Source: Candidatus Atabeyarchaeum deiterrae (GTDB lineage Archaea > Asgardarchaeota > Atabeyarchaeia > Atabeyarchaeales > Atabeyarchaeaceae). Taken from it: 64,000 bases of DNA. The notes beneath the pieces were generated by a model that had not been told where the DNA came from, did no database searches, and saw only the letters and a program-made list of their open reading frames with translations. The stretch is from the NCBI GenBank assembly GCA_037310415.1, contig CP147780.1, positions 2,304,001-2,368,000 of the forward strand, in the 5' to 3' direction. Positions 29,208 through 40,287 of this stretch are shown here, one piece after another. Positions within the stretch are counted from its first letter, which is position 1; each line of letters opens with the position of its first letter. A program made the translations under genes and the position numbers.

Positions 29208-30128
29208 ATGTCGTCGAAAGAGTATTCTGTTTATGTGAATGGAAAGTTTTACCCCAAAGGGGACGCCAAGATATCCGTCTATGATCATGGGCTCCTTTAT
29301 GGAGACGGTGTTTTTGAGGGAATCAGAGAGTACGATGGCGTTGTTTTCCAGTTGGCTGAACACGTTTGCAGATTGTATCGTTCTGCTAAGGCAATTAAAC
29401 TCGGCATTCCCATATCAATGGACGAGATGACAAAGGCGACCGTTGAAACACTTCGAGTAAACAGGCTTCGAGACGCTTACATTCGTCTTATCGTTACAAG
29501 AGGTGTTGGAGATCTTGGCGTAGATCCGAAGAAGTGCACTAACTCCACTATAATAATCATAGCCGAACCTATTGAGGCAACTTACGGAAAGGAGGCAAAA
29601 GAGAACGGCATACGCGTTGGGTTCGTCTCCACAAGGCGGGATGTCGTCGATTCAACGACACACGAAGTGAAATCACTCAACTACCTCAACAGCATTTTGG
29701 CAAAGATAGATGCAAATGAGGCAGGATGGGATGACGCTATCATGCTCGACCACAGGGGATATGTGAGCGAGACACCTACGGCGAACGTTTTCATGGTCCA
29801 AGGCTCTGACACAATTGCCACGCCACCAGTAACAGCAGGCATACTCGACGGGATAACGCGGAGAAGGGTAATGAGAATAGGAAGAGATGTTGGATTCAAC
29901 GTTGTTGAAAAGGATATGACGCCTTTCGAGTTGATGAATGCTGATGAAGTCTTTCTAACTGGTACAAAAGCAGAGATGGTTCCTATTGTTAGTATCAGCG
30001 GCAGAACTATAGGCGATGGAAAAGTTGGTCTGGTAACCAAGCGCCTGCTGAATGAATTTGTTAGAATAAGGAAAGACCCTTCCGAGGGAATTTCAATCGA
30101 CACTTACAAAGGAGAAAAGAAGAAGTAG
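29208..30128 (+). CDS. ilvE: Branched-chain amino acid aminotransferase (fold IV)
   Basis: DHGLLYGDGVFEG, YIRLIVTRG, KSLNYLN, ILDGITR, ADEVFLTGT. Confidence 0.92.
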   Translation: MSSKEYSVYVNGKFYPKGDAKISVYDHGLLYGDGVFEGIREYDGVVFQLAEHVCRLYRSAKAIKLGIPISMDEMTKATVETLRVNRLRDAYIRLIVTRGVGDLGVDPKKCTNSTIIIIAEPIEATYGKEAKENGIRVGFVSTRRDVVDSTTHEVKSLNYLNSILAKIDANEAGWDDAIMLDHRGYVSETPTANVFMVQGSDTIATPPVTAGILDGITRRRVMRIGRDVGFNVVEKDMTPFELMNADEVFLTGTKAEMVPIVSISGRTIGDGKVGLVTKRLLNEFVRIRKDPSEGISIDTYKGEKKK

Positions 30129-30143
30129 CACCTTCTTGTTCTC

Positions 30144-32936
30144 TCAGGCATTTTGACTCTTGTGTCTTGGCTTCCGTCCTCTCGGATTGATTGAACTCAA
30201 GATCAGTTTGAAGGTTCTCACCTTGAATGGCGGCGCCTCGAACAGTACCTCTCCTTCACTTGTTATGATTAGCTTCTTCTTTCCTGAGGTTTCTCCAAGT
30301 GGTTCTTCGCGCATGTTTACTGGAAAGATCTTGCCAAGTTCACTGTGGGTTTTCAGTTTCCCATTGATCATTTCTCTGGTCGTGTTGTAAACCCTTACTA
30401 TGATTCCAATGCCGTCTTCAGCTTGCTTTATTGTGCTCACTAGGATGTTTGCCGGCTCAACCTTGAGAAAGCTTAGTTCGAGAGGCAAGGAGTGTGATTG
30501 CAGGTTGGCTGTCCTGGTCACAGTTTCTCTGAATTCGGCAGGAACCACGGACGGGTCTCCGATGGCGAAATCGTGGTCCACAACCTGAACGATTCTCATG
30601 GGAGTCTGGTGTTGCATTGCTTGCATGTATGACTTTGACTCTTCCCACGTACCACCATGTGGGATTACTGAGTAGCTGAAACTGTGTTTGCCGAGGCACT
30701 GAGCGCCCGGGGTTGGGATTATCGGCCCAGCAGAACCAATTCTGGTTGACAACTCTTCCCCAGACAGCCAGCCGACGCACCTTAGGAGTGTTATTGCGAT
30801 GGTTCCTCCTTCTTTGGCTTCGTATTCTTGGAGACCTCTTGCAGTTATAGTGATCCCCTTTTCTCTGTCGCTTATCGAGACATAGGATTGCATTGGATAA
30901 GTAGGAGAGGGAGGCTCGATCCACCCGTTTCCAGAAGGCAGCGAGATAGGTCTTCTTATTACATGAAATGCTTGGTCAGCGTGTACATGGTCAGAGGCTA
31001 ATCCAGTCGGGAAGACAACTCTCAGCCTGTGGTCTTCCACATTATTGTCGAATTCGAGCACGAAATCAACTCTTGGCACCTTTGGGGCTAAGGACACTTC
31101 GCAGGTGACACGGCATGGGATGAGTTGATCCCATCTTGTTCTCCTATCTTCAGCGGCGCGTGCGGGGAGCTGTAGCTCGTATTCTATTCTCAAAGTAGAT
31201 CTTGCTGTCCCTTTCGTGCAAACCGAATGTATTGTTCTGAGATCCTTATTCGAGTACAATCTGTCTTCCTTTGGAGGGTCATAGTTGTATTCGTCGCCGA
31301 CATCCCCTCCATCCTCAAGTGTGTTGAGGCCGCTGTAAGTCTTTCCTCTGATTCTATCGGTCAGTGTGATTGAACCATCCTTCTCAACCTTGACCGCCAT
31401 GTACTCATTATCTATCGTGTCTCCCTCACATGGAAAAGGTGGATGGGTTGACTGAATAGGGCCTTTTTGGTTTTGGTTGACGTCTTCCTTGTCGATGCGC
31501 TTGATTTTGTAAGTCTTGTAGCCACATGGCGGTATGTCTTCAGCCAAGAAGTTTATGTCGAAGATTCTTTCTTCGATCTTTGATGATACGGCCCACTTTA
31601 TGTCTCGTTTACAGAGCGTGCAGAAGTTGACATGCTTACCATTTGGATCTGTTAACTCGAATTCATCTGTGCTCTTCTTTGCGAGGATTGTCGACTCAAC
31701 GACATCGGTTCTACTCCAATTCAGTGGATTAAAGACAACTAGTGCGTAATCCTTTTGGCTAATACTGATTTTTGAGGCGATCAACGTGAGATCATCTCTC
31801 AGGACTGATTCCCCAAGTTGCTGCGCCGAAGTAAACCTCTTCATCATATCATCGTGAATTGAGTCAACTCCACAGCCACAGATATCGTCGTGAGGATGAC
31901 ATTGAAGAGTATACTTCCAAGCTTGCCAGATTAGACCATGATTATGTCTTTCACCTAGACTCCATGTCCAAGCGTCGAACGGTTCGACCCACCTCTCAAG
32001 CAACGTCTGCGTTTCTGCATTCTTCTGCTTCAGATAAGTTCGAGTTGAGGTGACCCCTGTAACTACATGGTGAAACTTCGAACCTCTAAACTCACCTTCA
32101 AACATCTGGAGTGATGGTCTCTCTGCTTTCACGAGTCTGAAGTATTCACCTATGGTTCCTATTTTGACATCAACGTCAGAGTTACTTTCATTGACGCTTT
32201 GGACGACCAGGGGAATATGAGGCTGGGCTTCAAGGTGGTCAGTGCCATTCATCAGGAGGACATTGTTAGTTGTGGCTTTGCTCTTCAATTTGCTAATAAC
32301 ACTGGTCACGAAGGACACTGCAGTTTTCATATTGGTGCTTACGCGATCAAGGTTTCCATAACCGAGTGTAAGCCAATGAGCCAAGACTGACGATTCTCCA
32401 TCGGGAGCACGCCATATGAACTCTGATTTCAGATTGTCTCCTTCGTTTCCGAATCCTCTCTCGAACACTGCTGTATTCAGTCCGAATCCTTGGAATATCT
32501 GTGGGGTCTGCGCGATTTGCCCAAAGGCGTCTGGAATGTAGCCGATCTTGGTAAGTTTGCCGAGTTCCTCTGAGATCCTCATACCGAGAAGCAGGTTCCT
32601 TATGTGCGCTTCGCCGCTGATTAGAAAATTGTCTGGCAGTATATAGAACGGGCCGACAGCGATTCGGCCCTGCTCAATACGTTTCTTCAGCTCTGCTTGC
32701 CTTTCGGGTCTAACTTCGAGATAGTCTTCAAGAGGGATTACTTGTCCGTCGAAAGTGAAGCAGGTGAACTTTGGATCGTTTGCAAGAATCGTGAGGAGGT
32801 TGTCTATCATCTTGACCAGGCGTATTCTGAATACGTATAATGGCGAGTACCACTCTCGGTCCCAATGTGTATGAGGAACCAGAATGGCCTTGGTCTTCAT
32901 CTTCTCTTTTTCCAGCTTGGGTTTCTTTGCGGACAT
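30144..32936 (-). CDS. Glycoside hydrolase family 38 (alpha-mannosidase/mannosylglycerate hydrolase-like)
   Basis: HTHWDREWY, DGQ, PDAFG, NGTDH, HPHDDICGC, DVGDEYNY, DHRLRV, ITLLR. Confidence 0.92.
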   Translation of the reverse strand: MSAKKPKLEKEKMKTKAILVPHTHWDREWYSPLYVFRIRLVKMIDNLLTILANDPKFTCFTFDGQVIPLEDYLEVRPERQAELKKRIEQGRIAVGPFYILPDNFLISGEAHIRNLLLGMRISEELGKLTKIGYIPDAFGQIAQTPQIFQGFGLNTAVFERGFGNEGDNLKSEFIWRAPDGESSVLAHWLTLGYGNLDRVSTNMKTAVSFVTSVISKLKSKATTNNVLLMNGTDHLEAQPHIPLVVQSVNESNSDVDVKIGTIGEYFRLVKAERPSLQMFEGEFRGSKFHHVVTGVTSTRTYLKQKNAETQTLLERWVEPFDAWTWSLGERHNHGLIWQAWKYTLQCHPHDDICGCGVDSIHDDMMKRFTSAQQLGESVLRDDLTLIASKISISQKDYALVVFNPLNWSRTDVVESTILAKKSTDEFELTDPNGKHVNFCTLCKRDIKWAVSSKIEERIFDINFLAEDIPPCGYKTYKIKRIDKEDVNQNQKGPIQSTHPPFPCEGDTIDNEYMAVKVEKDGSITLTDRIRGKTYSGLNTLEDGGDVGDEYNYDPPKEDRLYSNKDLRTIHSVCTKGTARSTLRIEYELQLPARAAEDRRTRWDQLIPCRVTCEVSLAPKVPRVDFVLEFDNNVEDHRLRVVFPTGLASDHVHADQAFHVIRRPISLPSGNGWIEPPSPTYPMQSYVSISDREKGITITARGLQEYEAKEGGTIAITLLRCVGWLSGEELSTRIGSAGPIIPTPGAQCLGKHSFSYSVIPHGGTWEESKSYMQAMQHQTPMRIVQVVDHDFAIGDPSVVPAEFRETVTRTANLQSHSLPLELSFLKVEPANILVSTIKQAEDGIGIIVRVYNTTREMINGKLKTHSELGKIFPVNMREEPLGETSGKKKLIITSEGEVLFEAPPFKVRTFKLILSSINPRGRKPRHKSQNA

Positions 32937-33146
32937 GTTCGATCCCTCTAGTCCTGGTCCAGGTAACGCGAGTATTGTGTAGTTACCTATCTGCTGGATA
33001 ATAACGCTTGTGCAGATGTGCACTCCGCAGTCTATTGGCGCCGTTTTTAAGCGCAAGAAGGTGATCAGAGGGCGATCACAACGGGTAAGCTGATCTAAAT
33101 TGGCCAGCTAGAAGTGGAATTTAACTATTCACGGTTTCTTGCTTCT

Positions 33147-33677
33147 TTAAGGATTTCTTCGCCCCGTCTGTGGCTTTGTCTGGTGTGCCTTTGGCTCCTT
33201 TTTGAGAACCCTTGGTTTTTCACCTAGGATTGGTTTCTTCTCAGCCTCTCTTGCTCCTTCGTCTCTTCTCTTCCGAATCTGTGCGAGTTCGTCATGCGCG
33301 CGACTGATCTCAAGAACCACTTGCGCGCTCATTTGACCTATTGTCTGGAGGGCTTTCTCAAGTTTGTCCAGAACTTCATCTTCGAGTTCAGCATCAGAAA
33401 AAGAGTCGCCCGTTTCCATATCCTTGGAGGCTGGTAGCTGGGCTGAACCCATGGTCATGCCCTGACTGGACAAAGTGTTGTCTGAGGCCTCTACTGCTCT
33501 TATGACATAGTCAGCATCCACCCATATTGTGGTGGAATGGATCGGGTCACCGTGTAAGTAAGCTATTGAGATTGGGAGGCTCTTTGCTTCGGTCAGCATT
33601 GAGTCTTCCACTTTTATTCTTAGGAGGTTACTGCATTTCGGACATTTGACCTCAACCAACCTACCAGCTGAAGGCAA
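33147..33677 (-). CDS. Hypothetical protein with N-terminal CxxC/His Zn-binding domain
   Basis: VKCPKC..LHGDPIHSTTIWVD..IRAVE; co-oriented with the Rab-like GTPase, 15 bp gap. Confidence 0.6.
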   Translation of the reverse strand: MPSAGRLVEVKCPKCSNLLRIKVEDSMLTEAKSLPISIAYLHGDPIHSTTIWVDADYVIRAVEASDNTLSSQGMTMGSAQLPASKDMETGDSFSDAELEDEVLDKLEKALQTIGQMSAQVVLEISRAHDELAQIRKRRDEGAREAEKKPILGEKPRVLKKEPKAHQTKPQTGRRNP

Positions 33678-33692
33678 GGCGTAAGTTCACTC

Positions 33693-34268
33693 CTAAGGCT
33701 TGTGACTATAGGCAAACGCCAATTCCGCCGCTTTGGCAAATACGTTCTCAACATTTAGACCTGTCTTTGAAGACACGTCAAAGTAGCTGTGAAGCCTGTT
33801 CTTCTTAGCGAAAGACTCCCCTTCATCAGGTTTCACGGTTCTCTTTTCTTCAATGTCAACTTTCGTGCCCACTAATATTATGGGTATGTCTCCAGAATTC
33901 TTCCTGATTATGTCCACCCACTCTGGAAGGTTCTTGACGCTTTGGAAGCGCGTGGTGTCGAAGGCTAGAATAGCTGCATTAGCGCCCTTGCAATAAGTTG
34001 GGAGAATGAATCTGAACCTTTCTTCTCCCCCGAAGTCCCAGATCTGGAGTTTGACTTTCTCATTCTCCAATTCGACATCCTTTGATGCGAATCCGACGCC
34101 CACCGTGGTCCTAGTGTCACTCTTGAAAAGACCTTCGCAGTACCTGATGATTAAGGTGGTTTTGCCGACCCCTCCTTCGCCAGCGACGACCAGTTTGTAG
34201 ACATATCTTTTTTCGCTCGAAGGAGTTGATGGTTTCTTCTGTTCCTTTGGCTTATCTTTCTTCCACAT
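33693..34268 (-). CDS. Rab-like small GTPase
   Basis: G1 GEGGVGKT, G2 TVGVGF, G3 IWDFGGEERF, G4 TKVD, G5 VSSK. Confidence 0.92.
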   Translation of the reverse strand: MWKKDKPKEQKKPSTPSSEKRYVYKLVVAGEGGVGKTTLIIRYCEGLFKSDTRTTVGVGFASKDVELENEKVKLQIWDFGGEERFRFILPTYCKGANAAILAFDTTRFQSVKNLPEWVDIIRKNSGDIPIILVGTKVDIEEKRTVKPDEGESFAKKNRLHSYFDVSSKTGLNVENVFAKAAELAFAYSHKP

Positions 34269-34437
34269 TTTCCTAACGGCACCTCGCAGGCATCTGACCT
34301 AGTCATGAGCGCATAGATATACTAATTGACGACAATCAGGTATAAGTCTGATTTAACTATTGTTATCGTGAATATATTTTGGTTCTCCTACTTCAATCTT
34401 TGTTTTCACACAGAAAAGTGGAACGGCAGAAACGGCA

Positions 34438-35208
34438 TTAGAACATTCCTGCGAGGATCCTTGAGATTAGAACATCTCCAATCACAAACGGAACAACTGT
34501 CGCGACTGTCCCCATTACCACCATTTCACCGCCAGAGAAAAACCAGTTTCTGCCCGTGAACTTAGTCTTCCACACACCGATAATGAACAGCAAGACAAGA
34601 GTTATGAAAGACGCGATAAGTATGTCAACATCAGGGATAACGGTCACGAAGAAGGCGGCAAGAGGTACAGATCCACCAAGCAAGAAGGCAGCGAACATTG
34701 TCAAAGCCACCTTGCTAGGACGCTCAAATCGTTCCTCAACGAGACCCAGTTCCTCCCTCAGCATCGTCTCAACCCAAGTCTTCTTCTCGCCAGTTAGGCG
34801 ACCGATTATCATGTCCAGCTCTTTCTCCGTGAACTTGGCTTTTTTGCAGTATATCTGACGGAGCTCTTCTCTTTCCACGTCTGGGAGCTCCTCGATTTCG
34901 TCTTTTTCCTTTTTGATCTGGCTTCTTAGGTATTCGATTTCGGATTTGGATGAGATGTATGCGCCGACGGCCATTGATATTGCCCCCGCTATGACTCCAG
35001 AAAAGCCTGCTATCAGCACACTGAGTAGGGTAAGGTTTCCGCCAGTGACACCTGCAAGTAGTGCTAGAGTTGAGACAGAGCCATCGTTGATTCCAAAGAC
35101 TATTTCTCTCATGTTGACTTTGCTGTGCCATTTCTCTCCTTCTTCGATTGCTTTCTTGGCTCTCTCGACTACTTCCTTTCTGCTTAGATTAGGCATTTTT
35201 GGCATCAC
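34438..35208 (-). CDS. VIT1/CCC1 family Fe/Mn transporter
   Basis: EIVFGINDG, AGAISMAVGAYISSKSE, EELG. Confidence 0.92.
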   Translation of the reverse strand: MMPKMPNLSRKEVVERAKKAIEEGEKWHSKVNMREIVFGINDGSVSTLALLAGVTGGNLTLLSVLIAGFSGVIAGAISMAVGAYISSKSEIEYLRSQIKKEKDEIEELPDVEREELRQIYCKKAKFTEKELDMIIGRLTGEKKTWVETMLREELGLVEERFERPSKVALTMFAAFLLGGSVPLAAFFVTVIPDVDILIASFITLVLLFIIGVWKTKFTGRNWFFSGGEMVVMGTVATVVPFVIGDVLISRILAGMF

Positions 35209-35485
35209 CTTAACTGACTAGTGCCCAAGTTAGCGGCCGGCTGCGAACCATGTCACGATGGTCCTTCTGATAAACTTTCCCAGTGGTGCTATCACTGCTT
35301 TCTAATATTCGAGGCTGCGCTATTTTTCCTCGCTTTTCGCGACTTATAACGTGTTATCATCAAAAACCAAGGGAATCGGAGAGAATTATCTGGGAAGGTA
35401 ATGTTTAATAATTCTCAGGTACCTAAATAGGAGTAGGTAGAATCTATCAGTACGAACTGTTGTCCCTTCTAGCGAGGGAGGTGGA

Positions 35486-36208
35486 TTGGCGGAGGTCAAT
35501 CAAACTTCGGAATTCGGTTTGGACGATGCGCTTTGTGTACTGAATGCGTACGGTGATTCAACGTACGAGTTAGAGGACACGCTGTTTCACAAGTACATTA
35601 TGATCTGCGCATCGATGAAGAAGGGAAAAGGTGAGGAGCTGGGCAGAGACAAGTTCCACCTACTTCTTGACCAGTTGTCCACCAAGGGCTTCGTCAAGCT
35701 GATTAGCAGGGGAGACAAGCTTTACTGGATGAGGCTCCGCTCACTCCTCGAATTGGAGGAAGGGATAGAACTCACACCAGAGAAGGCACAGCAGATGGTC
35801 GACGAAGCAAGAGTGAAGAGAGAAGCGGATGCCCAGCAGAGAGCGCAAGTGGAACGAGGAGAAGAAGAACCTCAGGTCTCCCAGAAACCCACTGTTGGTC
35901 AAATGGCTGACGTAATACTTAGTGAACTAATGAAGAAGTCTGAGCCTGACAAAGTAAAGTCTTACCACATCCGAGGGGAGTCTGGTGATGTGAGGACTCC
36001 CATAAGGGAGATGCATGAAGCACTCATCAGCGGCGAAGACGAGTTTCGTTTGTATATTGAGAGAAGCCTCCCCCCTAAACTCAAGGGGCAACTGACATAC
36101 TTCCTTGCGACTTCTGGAAGGGATGCACTTCTAGCAGCTCTCGCCGTGTCACTCAGCATACCCGTGCACCAAGCAGCCACAACTAAGGAGTCCACTTCGG
36201 GCACCTAG
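35486..36208 (+). CDS. Hypothetical protein, possible N-terminal winged helix
   Basis: Long ORF with GGAGGTG SD; LLDQLSTKGFVKL..KLYW resembles a winged-helix wing. Confidence 0.6.
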   Translation: MAEVNQTSEFGLDDALCVLNAYGDSTYELEDTLFHKYIMICASMKKGKGEELGRDKFHLLLDQLSTKGFVKLISRGDKLYWMRLRSLLELEEGIELTPEKAQQMVDEARVKREADAQQRAQVERGEEEPQVSQKPTVGQMADVILSELMKKSEPDKVKSYHIRGESGDVRTPIREMHEALISGEDEFRLYIERSLPPKLKGQLTYFLATSGRDALLAALAVSLSIPVHQAATTKESTSGT

Positions 36209-36353
36209 AACCATGCCAATCTCGGCGGACTTTTCTTCTGTGATCGGTACCCGAGTGAGAAGAGGACTTACTTAGCTTTTTGTATAGAGCATCAAAGCTC
36301 AATTCGGGAATTATCCCCAAAAAAAAGAAAAGAGGTTTTGGTGGAGTATGTTG

Positions 36354-37784
36354 TTACTTCATCTTCTCGAGTTCTCTTCCTCGTTGCTCCAGCTTCTTGC
36401 GCATTTTCTCAGCGTCTACTGCGTAAGTCTTGTATGCAAGTGTGTAAAAGATCAGACAGAGGATCCATGGAATTACGGCAACAAGGAACATCGCTTGGCC
36501 AAGTGCCGCCGTGTTCGCCACTGCCGCAGCGGGGTTGGCAGCGCGGAATTCTGGTACTGTCATACCTAGGGGCGGTTGGATGAATCCAAACAACAGTGAA
36601 GCCGCGCCTACGAACACTGTTCCCAAAGCTGCAACTGAGCCCTCAAACACTCGGTCAACTGAGAACACCGTGCCCCTGATTTCTGGTTCGAAAATATCGC
36701 TGAATATGGTACTGTTCTGGGGGCCGCACCATGATATGAGTAGACCCGTGAGTGCTCCGAATATCACGAAAAGCAGAATCGAGTCAGTTACTGCGGGAAT
36801 CAACAAGAAGATCACGTAAGTCAGTGGTATTCCGGAGAAGACTGAGATCTGCGCAGCAATAATCCTGCCGCTTCTCGGTCGCCATTTTGCAGCCCTATCA
36901 CCAATCCACCCACCGAAGAGGTTTCCCACAGCTGCACCTATCGCTACCAAAGCGAAAATCAAGCCGGCAGTTAGAGAGTCGAACCCTATATACTCGAACC
37001 AAGTAATCATGAAGAAAATCCCGTTCCATGGAAGTGATCCTGCGACGCCCTGTAACAGGATTATGTCGAACGTCTTGTTTGAGAGTATTTTCTTGAAGTC
37101 AGAACGTTTGACCTTGTATTTCTCCGCTTTCTGGGCGGTCAACACTTTCATTAGCTCTGGTTCCATTTCACCTCGTAGCGGATCCTTCGCTACGGCCAGA
37201 ATAGTCACACCGATGATTATGCTCAGGGCTCCCCATGTGAGAAATACGAACCTCCATCCAGTTATTCCCATGATCACGCTGTCACCTATTGCGGTGGCGT
37301 AGACTGTTCCAACGACAGCTCCAAGCACCCCTGTAAGACCCAGCCATCCATAGGCTTTTCCTCTCTTTTCTGGGGCTATGTAGTCTGCAATGAGAGACGA
37401 AGTCGTGGGGATAATCACTGCAAGACCGATGCCTGTGATTGATCGCCATATGAGCATGTCAACGTAGGTCACAGAAATTGCCGTCAGAATCGTGAATATG
37501 GACCAGAAGAAGCATCCAAAAGCAAGTACACGTTTCCTTGAGTGCTTGTCATTCCACCACCCCCACATCGGGGTTGTCGCAGCTTGAAGGAATGATCTTA
37601 TCCCGGTAATGGTCCCTAATTGAAGTGGGTTTAGTCCAACGTCGGTTCCTATTTGTGCGTAGAGTGAAGGGAACAACTGTCCATCAGAGTTGTCAATGAT
37701 GTTGGCGGTGTTGATGACTGCCTGCGTTCGCCCTCTGCCAGGTATTTTTACTTCCTTGGTTTTCGCCGGTTTCTCTTTTGACAA
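36354..37784 (-). CDS. MFS transporter (Spinster-like)
   Basis: About 12 TM segments; WNDKHSRK motif A, LIADY..EKRGKAYG, GGWIGD. Confidence 0.9.
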   Translation of the reverse strand: MSKEKPAKTKEVKIPGRGRTQAVINTANIIDNSDGQLFPSLYAQIGTDVGLNPLQLGTITGIRSFLQAATTPMWGWWNDKHSRKRVLAFGCFFWSIFTILTAISVTYVDMLIWRSITGIGLAVIIPTTSSLIADYIAPEKRGKAYGWLGLTGVLGAVVGTVYATAIGDSVIMGITGWRFVFLTWGALSIIIGVTILAVAKDPLRGEMEPELMKVLTAQKAEKYKVKRSDFKKILSNKTFDIILLQGVAGSLPWNGIFFMITWFEYIGFDSLTAGLIFALVAIGAAVGNLFGGWIGDRAAKWRPRSGRIIAAQISVFSGIPLTYVIFLLIPAVTDSILLFVIFGALTGLLISWCGPQNSTIFSDIFEPEIRGTVFSVDRVFEGSVAALGTVFVGAASLLFGFIQPPLGMTVPEFRAANPAAAVANTAALGQAMFLVAVIPWILCLIFYTLAYKTYAVDAEKMRKKLEQRGRELEKMK

Positions 37785-38047
37785 TCTGTAGCTCTCCTCC
37801 TAGAGTTCTGCGATTATCTCTCCTCTCGATTAGATTTATGAACGCCGTATATGTCGATAACTCGTTAATAAAGCATACTACTACCTGCCAACTTGTCACC
37901 AGACTTGCTCTCTAAATTTGCCAGATCTCAACGTGATGGATTGATGCTATCCAGTTCCGCTCAGTTTCTCGCCTTATATATGATGCCTTGTTGATGGCAG
38001 TTCAATCCAGTCTTGATTTGAAGGATGGGCATGAGGCGAGAAACGCC

Positions 38048-39679
38048 ATGAACCTGAAAAAGATTGTCATAATTCAGAAGGCCAAGAAATCAGCGAAGGA
38101 ATTCGATTGGGTCACCGAGCACCCCGTGGAGTGCCAAGAGAACTTCGTCCTAATGCTAGCCAAGATGAATAGGAATACTCTGTTTGGAAAACGGCACGAG
38201 TTAGATAGAATCAGGTGTATTGATGATTATCAGATACGTGTATCCGTGAATAATTATGCCGATTTGAAGAAGTACATTAACCTGATAATGAAAGGTGAGC
38301 GCGATGTCCTGTTCCCAGGCGCACCAGTTTGGTGGGCAAAGACATCAGGGACTACCTCTGAACCGAAGTTTATCCCGATGTCGAGAGAGATGACCAAGTA
38401 CTACGATACCGGATCGAGGTTTCTCTACTCTTTCATATTGGAGAATCCCAAGGAGAACATAGACATCTTGTCGGGTAAACTTCTCTACCTCAGAGCACCC
38501 TCGATCGTTGAGCACATCAATCGCATTCCTGTCGGATACATTAGCGGCATAACTGGTCGGACTCAGTCCAGATTCGCTAAACGAATGGTCGTACCAGGCA
38601 GCGAGACAACTGAACTCGGCAACTGGAATGACAAGTTTTACAGAACAGTTCTAGAGACTGTAGGAGAAAATGTCACAATGGTAGTCGGAGTGACGCCGCT
38701 CCTTGTTTCCATGTTTAGAAGAATGGCGGAGGAATACCCTCCAAGGCTGCTCCTTGACCTGAAGAATGAATATGACAAAAAGAAGGTACGAAGAGCTTTG
38801 AAGAAAGGAGGAGGGAGACTTCTGCCAGTTAATTGCTGGGAGAATTTGAAGCTTTTCTGTCCTTCAGGCGCATCAATCAAGCCATACCTCGCCCAATACA
38901 GGGATCTCTTCGGGGACGTTCCTATAAGGGAGGTGTATGCTGCCACGGAGGGGCAATTCGGAGCTGCCGATGGAGAATGCAACGGGTTACTAATGAACTG
39001 GGACAGGTACCTTTTCGAGTTCCTCCCCATCAATAAGAGGGCAGAAAAACGCGACGGGGAAGAGGCAGAAAAACTTGGTTCACCGCAACCCGTAGACGAT
39101 AGGTTGACCGTCGCGGAGTTGAAAGTTGGCAACCTTTACGAATTACTCATAACAAATCCATTCGGGCTTTATTCGTACAGAATTGGAGACATAGTGAGAC
39201 TTGAATCAAAAAGCCCGTACAGGTTCACTTTGGTCGGCAGAACAAAGATGACATTGAATGTATTTGGGGAGAAAGTCTGCGAGGAGCATGTCTCGACTGC
39301 TCTGAGGGTTGCCGAGGAGGCAACAAAGGCGATCATTTCTGAATACAGTTGCACCGTCCTGTTAGAAGAAAGCGGGGGACCACGCTACGTAATGTACGTC
39401 GAATTCATTAGACCGCCTTCAGATAAGAGGAAATTTGTAACAACGTGGGACAAGAAACTGCAAGAAGTAGCGCCCGCCTACGGTTGTTTTAGAGCTAATG
39501 ATTCGATGCTCAAAGCTCCAGAGATAGTGATGCTGATGAATGGTGCCTTCCGAAAATTCGAGGAGAAGCGCATGAGGAGCGTTCAAGCTTCGGGTCAACT
39601 GAAGCCACCGCACATTGCAAGCGCTGGGGAATTAATCAATGAATTAGGTCATCCGCTCTATCCTACCCAAACGAACTAA
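38048..39679 (+). CDS. GH3 family acyl-adenylating/amido synthetase
   Basis: KTSGTTSEPKFIP, YAATEG, YRIGDIV, GRTK..LNVFGEK, GQLKPP. Confidence 0.88.
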   Translation: MNLKKIVIIQKAKKSAKEFDWVTEHPVECQENFVLMLAKMNRNTLFGKRHELDRIRCIDDYQIRVSVNNYADLKKYINLIMKGERDVLFPGAPVWWAKTSGTTSEPKFIPMSREMTKYYDTGSRFLYSFILENPKENIDILSGKLLYLRAPSIVEHINRIPVGYISGITGRTQSRFAKRMVVPGSETTELGNWNDKFYRTVLETVGENVTMVVGVTPLLVSMFRRMAEEYPPRLLLDLKNEYDKKKVRRALKKGGGRLLPVNCWENLKLFCPSGASIKPYLAQYRDLFGDVPIREVYAATEGQFGAADGECNGLLMNWDRYLFEFLPINKRAEKRDGEEAEKLGSPQPVDDRLTVAELKVGNLYELLITNPFGLYSYRIGDIVRLESKSPYRFTLVGRTKMTLNVFGEKVCEEHVSTALRVAEEATKAIISEYSCTVLLEESGGPRYVMYVEFIRPPSDKRKFVTTWDKKLQEVAPAYGCFRANDSMLKAPEIVMLMNGAFRKFEEKRMRSVQASGQLKPPHIASAGELINELGHPLYPTQTN

Positions 39680-39855
39680 GAAGTTGCCTTTGTCACGCCG
39701 AGCAGGTCATTTGTCTGATGTAGACGAACAAGCCCCACTCCAATCTAGATTAGTCGAAAGCGCGATCCTCCAAAGCCTAGAGCTTTTTTATACTCGGATT
39801 CGTACTTGAGAAACAGTTGTCGGAAGACTATAGCAAGAGATGGCGTAGGAACTAG

Positions 39856-40206
39856 ATGAGGTTTCACAGAAGATTTGAAAAGGCTGTGGCTGCGATCAAC
39901 GAGCGTCGTCACCGAGACCCCAAGATCCAACAAGCGCTTGATCGATACCACAACAGAAGCTTCGTCTTCAAAGTCCGCAAAGATGCAACGTATGTCTTCT
40001 GCATTTCAAAAGACGGCGTAGAGTATCAGGTGAATCCTGCGAATGAACCCAACGACATGTATGTCGAAATGGACTTAGATAAAGCCAAGAGACTTGTGTA
40101 CCGGCAAAGTCTGGGCATCTTTGATATGTTGTCCGTTGTACACAGAAATATCGGAATGGCTGAAATAGACTTTGCGAAGAAACTATTCGGAGAAAAGAAA
40201 ACCTAG
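39856..40206 (+). CDS. Hypothetical protein, possibly SCP2-like
   Basis: 116-aa ORF with an alpha/beta pattern reminiscent of SCP2; weak. Confidence 0.45.
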   Translation: MRFHRRFEKAVAAINERRHRDPKIQQALDRYHNRSFVFKVRKDATYVFCISKDGVEYQVNPANEPNDMYVEMDLDKAKRLVYRQSLGIFDMLSVVHRNIGMAEIDFAKKLFGEKKT

Positions 40207-40287
40207 AAAGACAAGCCATAGGAATTCTGCACATATATGAAATACTATTAAGGTAAATATGTTGTGCCGTGTCAGGCGGTGAGTCGA

